Shown here in pieces: positions 1 through 10,519 of a DNA stretch of 46,490 nucleotides. Location of the stretch: assembly GCA_000934665.2 (NCBI GenBank), contig KZ538812.1:1-46490 (forward strand), in the 5' to 3' direction. This stretch comes from Catajapyx aquilonaris. Taxonomy: Eukaryota. The position numbers and the translations under genes were made by a program. Below the pieces are notes generated by a model, which saw only the letters and a list, made by a program, of their open reading frames with translations, was not told the DNA's origin and did no database searches. Each line of letters begins with the position of its first letter. The first letter of the stretch is position 1.

Positions 1-256
1 AATGTGCCGTAATTTATCGGGTAATGTCATTTTGATGCAACAGAGTGATGGAATGTATGTTTACAGGCATGGGCTAGCTAGTTATGATCAAAAATCCAAA
101 ATCCCAGACCAAGGCTAGTTCCCCATTGCGCTGTTTCCACATGTCGCGTCGTCCCCATTTCCCCGAACCGGTCTGAGCTTCAACGCGAGTCTTTACCTGC
201 TTGTAAACAAACTCTAGTCAGCAAGTCTCGAAGGCGGAGTGAGGGACATCGCATTT

Positions 257-919
257 GAAAGTGACATTTTTTGACTAGTTGCCGACGTTACGCCGCAAAA
301 TGAATTTTTTATGACACTTCTCAGAGGCCAAAAAATTCACGCTGTGGACCCTGGATAGTGCAAATCTTAGTCTTTCTGATGATATATTTGAAACTCGGAA
401 ATCGCCATTTGTGTAATCACAATTAAGTTAATTGCACACCTGTTATCTCGGCCGTTTATAATCAGAATTACTTCGCGAATGTACCGACGGAAAGCCAGAT
501 ATGTGCGTGATAAAATTGCATAGTGCTACACTAAAATTTTTAAGCGTATTTAAAAGTGTTGCCGTCTATTCCCGCCAGAAATCGGGCTGAGTACTTGTCT
601 ATTAAACTTACTAAAACAATACTCTTAAAAATTTTAGTGTAATAGAGCACAATGTAATTTTATCACGCACATTTCTGGCTTGCCGTCTATACATTCGCGA
701 AGTAATTCGGATGAGAAACGGCCGAGATACCTGAGGTGTGCAATTAACTTAATTATGATTACACATAGTTGCGATTTCTAAGTTTCAAATATACCATTAG
801 AAAGACAAAGATTTGCACTATCTATGGTTCACAGGGGGAATTTTTTGGCCTCTGAAAAGTGCCATAAAAACTCATTTTGCGGAGTAACGTCGGCAACTAG
901 TCAAAAAATGACACCTTTC
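257..919. mobile_element. Foldback / long-TIR non-autonomous element
   Basis: Arm ~257-550 (gaaagtgacattttttgactagttgccgacgttac...) is the imperfect reverse complement of ~618-919 (...gtaacgtcggcaactagtcaaaaaatgacacctttc). Spacer is ~67 bp. No clear TSD and no ORF. Confidence 0.85.
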
Positions 920-1308
920 GTTGTTGTTCCCGGCATTCCAAACCCGGTTTATTTCCGATAACGGCCGGCAATCGGGCCGTCAGATGTGAACCGAATTTAA
1001 ACCGTATCCAGGGTTTACTTTTGCCTCGAGAAATGGAAATTTCTCTGAACTGGGTTCAAACCGGACTTGAACCTTGTTTACATTTGAACAGTGGTTCGAG
1101 AAATCGGCCCTTCGTTACACACAGATTGTAGCATAATGAATTCATACTTGGATTTCTGGAGACAGCTCTGGGAGATTTTGTTATTACATACGCTATGTCA
1201 GGTCCTGACAGGCGAGTAAATGAATGCTGCATACTATGTGTGAATTTGATTAAGTGTTAAAACTTGCAAGGGGAAGCATTTGTAGTTACATATGTCTTGT
1301 ATCGGCAG

Positions 1309-3511
1309 GGTCACCTAAAGTCACCAGCTCACCAGTACCAGTTGGTGGAGAGGCGAAGGATCTGACTGCAACCATGCCTGCAGCTACCATCCCTCACCGG
1401 AGTCCACTAATAGCAAAATGCTATTGGTCAAATGGAACTCCTTCTTCCCAGACATCCTGCAGATCAGAGTCTCCCAAGTCATTGAGTAATTTGCCAGTAG
1501 AAACCACACCAGTACCAGTTGGTGGAGGGGCGAAGGATCTGACTGCAACCATGCCTGCAGCTACCATCCCTCACCGGAGTCCACTAATAGCAAAATGCTA
1601 TTGGTCACATGGAACTCGTTCTTCCCAGACATCCTGCAGATCAGAGTCTCCCAAGTCATTGAGTAATTTGCCAGTAGAAACCACACCAAGGAAGCAGCTG
1701 TTCAGACCACCATCAGTGACTTCGCCCAGCAAAGCAGCCCTTGAATCACCAACCAAGGGCGTGCACTCACCAAAATCAAAGACATACCGGGAAAGACAGG
1801 AAGCTAAAATGGTAGCTGTGATGGGAACTTCACCGAAAATCACCCACTACTTGACCCACCCAAGCCCGACTGTCAATGGACCTGTTCCAAAAAGGCCTGT
1901 AAATGGGGAGGCAACAAGAGAGAAAGGGGTTCCTCCAAGGGTGATGGCGAGGAGAAGACTATGTAACGATGATGTGATAGAGATTGATTGCGATGACTTA
2001 AATGTGATAGAGATTGATGACATTGACTTAAATGTGTTAGAGAATGATAACGATAACTTAGATGATCTAAGAGATTGCCTCCTTGAAAACATGGACAAAG
2101 TGTTTGACCTGGATAGAAAGACACATGGGATAGAGACAAAGACTAGTGAGGCTACGTGTGATGACAAGCCTGTGGCTGCTGGCAAGTCACCTCTTTGTGA
2201 CAGGAACTTTACAGATGCACCACTAGTTCTCAGACCTTTCACACCCCCACCTTCAACAGTTGCCAGGACACCGAGCCCATTGTTGCCAGGCACCCCTCAA
2301 AAGGCACCAGCTGTTTTGGATCCTGAGAAGTGTGCACTGTTGTCTGAGGCAGTAACTAGGCCAGTGACCAAAGATAAGTCTTCATCATCATTAGTCTGCC
2401 CTCCAAAGACATTGACACCAACATCGAAATGTTCTCTTGATGAACAACCAAAGAGTGTTTTACCCGAGGGTTTACCTGTTGGCACAAGGAAGAGAAAGTC
2501 TTTTCCACTAACCCCTCCACAACCGATAAAGAGGCAAAGATTTTCGTACGACCCGGATGTAATTAGTCGACGTCTCTGCAGTACTTCATTGTCTGAGGTA
2601 GTAACTAGGCCAGTGACCACAGATAAGCCTTTATCACCGTTAGTCAGTACTCCAAAGACGTCGACATCAACATCGAAATGGTCGCTTGAGGGAAAACCAA
2701 AGACTATTGCACCTGTCGGCACAATTAAGAGAAAGTCTATTCCGCTAACCCCTCCAAAACTGAAAGAGAGGCGAAGAGTTTCTTGTGACCCAAACTTAAT
2801 GAGAGGTAAGATGATTCCAAGTCAACATATCTACATTGCTTCTAACACACCAGTCATTCCCATTGCAGATAAAGTGCCTCCCCACACGTCGTTGGACACC
2901 ACTCAATCTACCATGGCTCCGCCAACTGCACCCGCTACTCCTGAACGGATTTCCTTGCATTCTTTGACCAGTACTACAGTGACACCTGCTTCTGCAAATG
3001 TAAAGGTGACCCAGTGTAACTCGCCAACTGTACCTGAAGCTTGTGGGCTGGAAACCTTACCAGTGACGCCTACAAAAAGTGATTCTGGGTCATCACCATT
3101 CCTAGCAGCCTCCCCTGTTGGTGGCAGTCCAGGACCACAACCACCTGCAGGGAGCTTGAATCACTTCTTGGTTAAAATTCATAACTGGCAGCTGAAGGCT
3201 ATCAAGCCAAGATGTCAGATAAATGTCTTTTGGCACAGTATGCCCTCAGGACTGGTAAGGGCACTGTTATTTTATTCCCATCCATTCACAAGGATTATAA
3301 CGATCGTCCTCTTTTTTAGAAGCCTGAGCCGCTTGGCACTTTTGTTGAAGAGCGGGTGAACGAGCCTGATCTTGCAATGCGGTATGAGGTGACCAATAGC
3401 CTGGCAAACATTCAGTCAACCGAGTGCTATGCAAGTGTTGATTGCATGTCCCTTGTTGTAGAGAACCTGAAGGTAATGTATATCCAAACTGTATTTACAC
3501 CCATGTGTAAG

Positions 3512-3542
<31 letters not shown>

Positions 3543-6500
3543 NNNNNNNNNNNNNCCCCCAAACACCCCACAATTAATAATCTCACTTCTCTACATTTCA
3601 GGAGAGTGGCAATCGAGCATTAAATGAAGTGTCTCTTGTGGCCCTTCAGCGCCTTTTGAGGAATTATCCTCCAAGGTCTCAGAAGGCTAGAGATCATTTC
3701 TACAGCCTCATGCATCCAAAGGGGAAGCGAGGCTTAGTGATGAGGCCTCCGGATATGCTACTGCACATTACGGGCATAGTTGTTAACTGCTCTGAGGAGG
3801 CGGAGAAGCTTTGTAATGATGGTGACACCAGCATTGATCCGGACTGGCTGGAACCCACAGATCCTGCAGAGGAGGAACATGTTGGAGAGCTCTCCAAATT
3901 AATGCATGAGGAGAGTGATGACGATAAGGATAAGAGGGCTCTCTGGGATGGACATTTGTGTCTCCTGCGGTACTGGGTTACTGTCATGGAGGAAGACATG
4001 CTCAGCTGGTTGAGGGAGTAAGTCCACACATTAATTTTGCTTTTTGCATGTAACATTTTCAAGGCAAGCACAATTGCACATCATGTGGGTTGAACAAGAT
4101 GATTAGATCTATTCTGATATGGCAACATTTTTGTTTGCAGCAATGAAGATCGAGTCCAATCTGACCCTAATTTGAACTATCCTCTGATTGGAAGGCTCAT
4201 GTTGAAAGCCAACCACACAAAAATGGTGTTGGGTTCAGTTGACTTGTCGTGGTGCTCCAAGATGGTTTATTTTGGGGTGAGAGCGCTGGAGAGCAACCAA
4301 GACCAGAGCTTTGATCTCCTGATGGTAAGTTTGAGTCCTGCTTGTGAGAAGGTTTAGGCTGACCAAGTGCCATTGTTCCTCCAGAGGTTATTGAGTCTCA
4401 TGGCTGAGATGTGCCGCTGTGCTGACGGAGGGAGGACCGTCTACTTCAACTACAATGTGAAGGATCACAGACACAGTGCTGATCTCATCCATAAAGTCGC
4501 CACGGCAATAAGTGAGTTGTTGCATTTGTGCATCGTTTGCTTTTTCTTGTATGTAGTAGCATTTAAATGAGCTGTAAGAAGCTCATTTCCTCTTAGCACA
4601 TTAATTTTCATTAGAGATTGCTTCTATTAACAGATGATGATTTTATTTGAATTTATTTTCCAAATCAAGCAGGGTTTGGGTGTATGGAATGTAGCCTTTC
4701 ACCTCTGAAGTCCTGATTTTGATCTCTGGATCAGGCAGAGGAATTTCTCGTTAGGAAAGAATTTCAGTGGGATCTCTTTCTGCTGGTGTGGATTTACTTT
4801 GGGGGTTTTTCCCGTCCTGCCACAATCCATATCCATCAAATTGTGGTGAATTAAAATAGGCTGGCACGTAAAAGATTATCCCTTAGCTTAAAGGGCCCGA
4901 GTAGGCCTATCACAGGGCTTCCAATAGTTGTGATGATGATGATGATGATGATGATATGTTTTTTGACAGAATCAACCAAGAACAGCAAGATGTCCAATAT
5001 CTACCTGTCCTGTCTCAAGCCTCAGTGGTTTGGGTTTGAGGTCTGCAGGCTCATTCTGGGGAGTAAAAAGGCAGCGGCAGATAGAGATGACAAGGAAGCG
5101 GGAGTTGCTGTATTGCAACAACTGGTGAATGAATATGCCTGATTCTAGTTTAAGGGCCCTGGTACAGGAGCAGTCGTGACTTGCTCAAGGGGTAACTTGT
5201 TCCCTACAGCTAACATTATACATCATAGAATGATGAATAATTATCCAATGGAGCATTGCCTCTGAAGTCCAAATTAGGACCTTAAGGGGGCACTACAGTC
5301 AAAATCAAGGGTTTTCTGAAAAATCGCCACAAAAAAACAAAAAAAACATTAGAGGCAAGAAGTTGGACTTTATTTTTATGAATGTACATAAGTCAAAGAC
5401 CGATTAGCGCCTATAATCGAATCACGTTCATGTGTCGAAGGACCTCCAGCGCCACTTGACGTCACGCCACTGTGGACACGATTTTTAGACCTCAGGCTTC
5501 CTTGAGTATGTAGTTTTCGTTTGACCAAGAATTATAATTTTTGAAATCGTTTCAGTATTTTTTTTAAAGATTTCAGAACGATAACTACAAAATTAAGCAG
5601 TTTTGAGAAAATATTTAATTAAAGTTAAAATAGAAGTAGTTCGCGCAGGTTAATTATTTTAGGCCGAACGATAGCGCCATGTTTGAGGATAAATCTAGTG
5701 AAGTGGGAAGTCCATAGCTAAATTTTGTGGCCTGGGCAATGTCCACAGTGTCCAAATCCGGCAAACTGAGAAAAACGTGTTTAACCCTGTAATGCCCCTT
5801 GGGTCATATCTGGCACACCATTTAGTGCAATTTGGCACTTACAGGAAATATAAAAATTGCAGAAATTGCACTAAATGGTGTGCCAGATATGACCCAGTGG
5901 GCATTACAGGGTTAAAGTTAAAAGTAGGGTAACAGCGATAATGCGATTCAAAAAAATATGTCCGCTCCTGGCGCGCCAATTTTTTGAATTTCGGGATGCA
6001 GTTTGCCGCGTTCAACCAGGGCCACCTAGAGACAAGGCCAGGGCGCGGGAACGGGTGGATCGCTGTGACGTCACGATTGGGGGCTAGCTTTTCCATAAGC
6101 GGGCTATGGCGGGAGCACGTTTTTGTACACATTTCAGCGAATTTAGTCATACCAATGCATCGGAGGCCCATGACACCCTCTAATTGATGTCAGGGAAAGA
6201 ATGTGGGGATTCCAACGGCACCAAATTCGATTTAGTATGTGTGCAATGTGTCTGCATATTCGGCGATATATAAGACGAAGGATGTCAGGCATGAGGAAGA
6301 AGTGCAGGAATAATTAATAACAACGGGGTTTTAAATTATAAAGCATTAATTTTAATATTATTTCATATTTCCTATTTTGCGGAAAGAGTTCAAACGTAAC
6401 ATTCAAGTTATACTCATAAGCATTGAACCAAAATTAGCACATTACGCAACGTAATACCATTTAGCTCTTGATAATTACATACAGTACATACCCAACACTT

Positions 6501-8642
6501 GTAGACCAATTGTACAACAATTTTGTAGACCAGTGTTATCTAAATCAGAGTGGATAATTTCGAGGGAATAAGTAATTGACATCTGGACGAAGGACAGCTG
6601 GGTTCTCCCCCACAATTTACTACTGTCAAACAAAAACATTTGCGAATTTTTCACATCGTTGGAATCACCAAATCATTTCCCGGACATCAATTAGAGGGTG
6701 TCATGGGCCTCCGATGCATTGGTATGACGAAATTCGCTGAAATGTGTACAAAAACGTGCTCCTGCCCTAGCCCGCTTATGGAGAAGCTCGCCCCCAATCG
6801 TGACGTCATGATTTCGGCGCCCTGGCCTTGTCTCTAGGTGGCCCTGGTTCAACGCAGGAAAAAAACACTTGATTTTTTTCACAAATAAAAAAAATAGTGA
6901 ATAATAAAAGCGCTTTTTTAAAGGTCGATGACTGCATGGCCCCCTTAATCAGCTAGATGTGTGCAAAATTGGTGCACAATATATTGTCACTCTCACAATC
7001 ATGCTTTCCCATGCAAAGTAGAGTGGTTTATTTGGGGCATTTTTGGTTGCCAGAGAAATGAAAAATTGCAGTTTTTCTAAGTGCAAAGGGGGATCATTAA
7101 TTAATAGTCTCATTCCACGACCAGCCTTGGAATATGAGGAAGTGACAAACGTTTTATAGAAGATTAATGGTGTTCTCAAGGACTGTTGATATTACTGAAG
7201 TTGTAAACCAATATTCGTTTTTTGCAGGTGGATCTTGCAATTTCAGCAAAAAAGGCCCCAACACCAAGCCCCAACTCAGTAAGTGTCACGGCATCAATAG
7301 AATAGTTAAGCAAAGCAAAACACATGACCGATCTATATCTCTTTTGCCAAAAGCGCGACGAGCTTGCTGAACGCAAGAAGAGAAATCCGGCAGCCAGAGT
7401 GATGAAGAAAAACTCCAAAGGGGAATGTTCTCTTCACGGGGCCTGCATAAGGAACGAAGTGCAGCGCCTGCAGGAGCTCCTGTTGATACAGGGTATAGAT
7501 GTGAATGCTCAGGACAATGCCTTGACCACCCCAATGCACGAAGCAGCCAACAGGGGGCACCTGGATTGCGTCAAAGCACTTCTTGCCTACAAGCCACAGG
7601 GTGGAGACCCAGCCCTGAACCTGAACCCAGTGTGCGATGATGGGATAACCACCCCTCTCTTTGATGCAGTGAAGGTTGGGCATTTGGCCATCGCCAAGGC
7701 TCTCTTCAAGCATGGAGGTTAGAAATTCTCTGTTCTAAGCCCTTGGAATTTTCGTCCCACTGCTAGTTGCTGCTAAATTAGAAACTTACCAAGCTGTCAA
7801 CACTGGCACTGGCTAAGTTAGCAGTAACTAGCAGTGGGACGAAAATTCTACCCCCTGTCTTTAGCTAGCATCTACTTTTTGTATATAGGTGATGGCTTAA
7901 AGGCTGCATGTTTGCATGCTTGTGTAAGCAAATGCAAGGTCAAATCTTTGCCTTTGATGATTACTATCTCGAAACTGGTTTTATGGTCTTATATGCCTGA
8001 TACATAACCTCAGTCAAGAATGAATTGCCAACCAAATAAACTAATGGACAAGTGTTTTGCACAGGTGTTGAGCTCCTGAAGGGACGCTATTTGCAACTGA
8101 AGGCTGTAGCACAAGACCGAGATATGAAATCATTCCTCACGAGGGCTGGAAAGAATTTGGAGCGCCATGAGTGGGGCCTTCCGCCAGCCTCCAGGGAGTC
8201 TTCACCTCCAGCGAAGGGACCAAGCAGTTTCGTAGATTCATTTGCGCACACGACGGTCAAGTACCAGAGGTCATCATTGAGTTGTGTGCCAATGGAGGAA
8301 GAGGATGGTGAGGACGTGGAGTGCGAGTGGCTGGAGATGCCTCCAGTGATGGCCTTGACTCTCCGCTACTGGCTTGATACGTTCCAGGCCAGGGTAGTAG
8401 CTCATTTCATGGCAAAGCAAGCTGCAAAGAAGGAAAAAAGTCAGGGAGGCACCTTGGTGCTTTCCAGTGCGACAAACGAAAAGGAGAGGATGCTTGTCCC
8501 CTTAGGACTGGCGTTTCACAAGATGGTGCGAGTCTTTGAGGGAGTTCCGCCTAAGCATTACCTGCGGTCCCTGCCCGACTTCATGGTGTTTGTGCTTATG
8601 AGCGGGATTTCAAATATGGGTAAGATTAAAATTGTTGGTTGA
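1309..8642 (+). CDS. SLF1: SMC5-SMC6 complex localisation factor 1-like (SLF1/ANKRD32); 5' end uncertain
   Basis: Phase-consistent GT-AG exons: 1309-3254, 3320-3472, 3602-4017, 4141-4324, 4385-4511, 4970-5124, 7228-7278, 7354-7717, 8065-8642. The ankyrin exon KNSKGECSLHGACIRNEVQRLQELLLIQGIDVNAQDNALTTPMHEAANRGHLDCVKALL...DGITTPLFDAVKVGHLAIAKALFKHGG closely resembles the SLF1 ankyrin domain as I recall it. The first exon has a phase-1 acceptor, so the start is upstream (possibly ATG 1195) or outside the window. A further donor at 8620 is possible. Confidence 0.72.
1330..1688 (+). repeat. In-frame 177-bp tandem duplication (2 copies, 59 aa)
   Basis: The segment starting caccagtaccagttggtggag at 1330 recurs at 1507, with only 3 substitutions between copies. 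Confidence 0.95.
1974..2063 (+). repeat. 30-bp x3 coding repeat encoding SIM-like motifs
   Basis: Encodes VIEIDCDDLN / VIEIDDIDLN / VLENDNDNLD. Confidence 0.85.
2340..2799 (+). repeat. Older in-frame duplication (249-bp offset, 83 aa)
   Basis: LSEAVTRPVTKDK...RKRKSFPLTPP...YDPDVI versus LSEVVTRPVTTDK...IKRKSIPLTPP...CDPNLM. The sequence tgtctgagg occurs at 2341 and 2590. Confidence 0.9.
3515..3555. repeat. (TC)n microsatellite followed by a 13-N assembly gap
   Basis: TC repeat 3515-3542 and Ns 3543-3555, inside an intron. Confidence 0.95.
4672..4956 (+). mobile_element. Degenerate SINE-like insertion with (TGA)n tail
   Basis: Worn tRNA-head-like segment (gcctttcacctctgaagtcctgattttgatctctggatcagg) and a terminal (TGA)n run at ~4931-4955, inside an unusually long intron. 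No TSD seen. Confidence 0.35.
5286..6944. mobile_element. TTAA-flanked non-autonomous DNA transposon or composite (Kolobok- or Harbinger-like ends)
   Basis: TTAA|GGGGGCACTACAGTC ... GACTGCATGGCCCCC|TTAA, an imperfect TIR. Internal ~200-bp inverted repeat at ~6008-6217 versus ~6657-6855. Fills most of SLF1-like intron 5125-7227. Confidence 0.55.
5785..5911. mobile_element. piggyBac-type MITE (127 bp) nested in the larger element
   Basis: TTAA|CCCTGTAATGCCC...GGGTCATATCTGGCACACCATTTAGTGCAATTT and its reverse complement ending GGGCATTACAGGG|TTAA. TTAA at 5781-5784 and 5912-5915. Confidence 0.85.
7746..7848. mobile_element. Small hairpin MITE (~36-bp TIR)
   Basis: gaattttcgtcccactgctagttgctgctaaattag ... 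ctaagttagcagtaactagcagtgggacgaaaattc. A related partial copy lies at ~29175-29250. Confidence 0.75.
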
Positions 8643-8832
8643 TCATGTCAGAGGCAGTGGTTCAGGCAGTATGAGAAGTAGCACAATGGGCCATGTGTGC
8701 ATTTAGCTTGTGCTCTAAAAAGATTACATATGACATTTTGAGCACATGTATTTTTAAGTTTGGCTCCATTGTGCCGGACAGCACTATTAATGCGGGATCT
8801 AAAAGGTTCTTGTAAATTTTGTAGGCAAGATG

Positions 8833-9283
8833 AGGCTCGCATTTACAAATGAGCGATTTGATCAGCAATGCAAGCTGTAGCAGTTCTGACCTCACTACAC
8901 GAGCGATCACGCTTACATTGCTGTGTGCTGCCACAGTACTGCCACCTGAATAATGGTATGGTGTGCTGCCTCTTCATTGGTCGTTTTATCATAACTTCAT
9001 ACATTCAGCAATGTGCCATTGCTGAGGTCTATTTCAAATATAGACTTATGCCTGGTTGCACCAACAAAATTACCGGTCCGATAGCTCCTAACAGACCGAT
9101 AGCACATGTTAAAAGGTCTACCTATCTGTCCATTAGGAGCTATCGGACCAGTAATTTTGTTGGTGCAACCAGGCATTAAGCGATTTCATCAGTGATGCTC
9201 TCGCTTCAAAAACTTGGCTGCTTCTTTCAGCCCAAACAACTGGTTTCATTGCTGATCAAATTGCTCTCATGTAAATGTGACCT
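8833..9283. mobile_element. Older MITE with degenerate ~40-bp TIRs, hosting a younger MITE
   Basis: aggctcgcatttacaaatgagcgatttgatcagcaatg matches the reverse complement of cattgctgatcaaattgctctcatgtaaatgtgacct. Confidence 0.55.
9049..9175. mobile_element. PIF/Harbinger (Tourist-like) MITE
   Basis: TTA|TGCCTGGTTGCACCAACAAAATTACCGGTCCGATAGCTCCTAA ... TTAGGAGCTATCGGACCAGTAATTTTGTTGGTGCAACCAGGCA|TTA, with a 3-bp TTA TSD. Confidence 0.85.
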
Positions 9284-10519
9284 TAATGTTATGCAAAATC
9301 TGAAAATGCCAGTCATTCTATAATCTCAATACAGGGTAGTCTTCCTACAGAAGAGTGTTTATATTTGGAAAGAGAGTGTGAGTGATTTAATTTTTTCTTA
9401 TAATTTATTCAGATAAGTTTCAGGCGTTTTGTTGTTGCAGCACAGGAACATTTATCGAGTTTGGGAGAAGTGAGTTTCATTATTTGCAAAGAACTTCTAC
9501 TTACGGGCATCATTTCCATGTGTCAGTCAGTGCAATAAACTAATTTTTGTCCCAGTTGATTTTGGCATACACTGGCACCATAGGTGGGGTGATGCCACAG
9601 CAATATATTTTCTGATATAATACAATATATGGAAAACGTACACTACTCATGTCTGCGAAGTGAAGTTTTTTGTTTCTGTGTAATGTTGCGATTCGCTTTG
9701 TTTGTATTTCACATAATATGATCCCATACTATTTTGGCAGTGGGTATTTGTGCCAATGAAGCTGCCGTGCCATGATTAACAAGCACTTGTCAATTGAACT
9801 ACGCAGTTATTTTTTTAAAGGAGTGCCATGCTCCTGGTGCATGCCATACTCAACTGTACTGGTGATATGGTATGATGTACCTGATATGTTTTAAGTACTG
9901 ATGAAGTTAGCCACGTTTGGCATTAAGAGTCCGTCCATGTGGAACCCGGGGTAGGGGGGAAAAGAGTGCCTTAGCCGTTCCCAGGTCCGTCAGTATTCCG
10001 AGGACTCTTCTTGTCAGACGTGCAAGTGAGATGTATGTTAGTATTTGGAAAGCCTTTGATATTATTGGAAATAAAAAAAGTCAAACTATGAACGGATGTC
10101 TTATTGTCACCTGAAGTGCATCATTTCTAAGCATTTCCAACTGCCGGTGCAGAATTTACACAATCCAGCATCAGGGTGACATGTGCGCACGAACCAATCA
10201 CAGGGCAGGATGAGATCCTGTCGACCAATCGGAGCTCGTCGGCGAGCGGTGAGTGAGCGCCACTAGCGGCGGTGGCGGACACTACAGGTGCTTCTGTTCT
10301 GTACCCGATGCATGTCCGCCGTACCGGTACCGCACTGCCCTGCGTTGTCCGCCGGCACTGAAGAAGCACCAGGACTACTGCGAGACAGGTACGGCGAACA
10401 GGAGGGTGTGGGGCAGGGCTGGGCTGGGGCGGGATGAACGGGGCCGTTGGTGTCACACTGACTAGGCCTAGTCACCCATGCACTGCTTTTTGTGGGACTA
10501 ATAAGTGGATTTTGGCAGG

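Noticed and set aside
376..394. CTGATGA...GAAA, hammerhead-like core
   Set aside because: No stem II or flanking helices, and it lies within a foldback arm.
940..1110. Cluster of aaccgg/ggtt motifs ending ggttcgagaaatcggccc, resembling a MITE end
   Set aside because: No matching opposite TIR or TSD could be found.
1330..2063. Direct repeats as a CRISPR-like array
   Set aside because: They are contiguous in-frame coding duplications without spacers, in a eukaryotic exon.
5839..6882. Mirror-image ORFs (MGLRCIGMTKFAEMCTK...) on both strands
   Set aside because: By-products of the inverted repeat, with no transposase or other domain.
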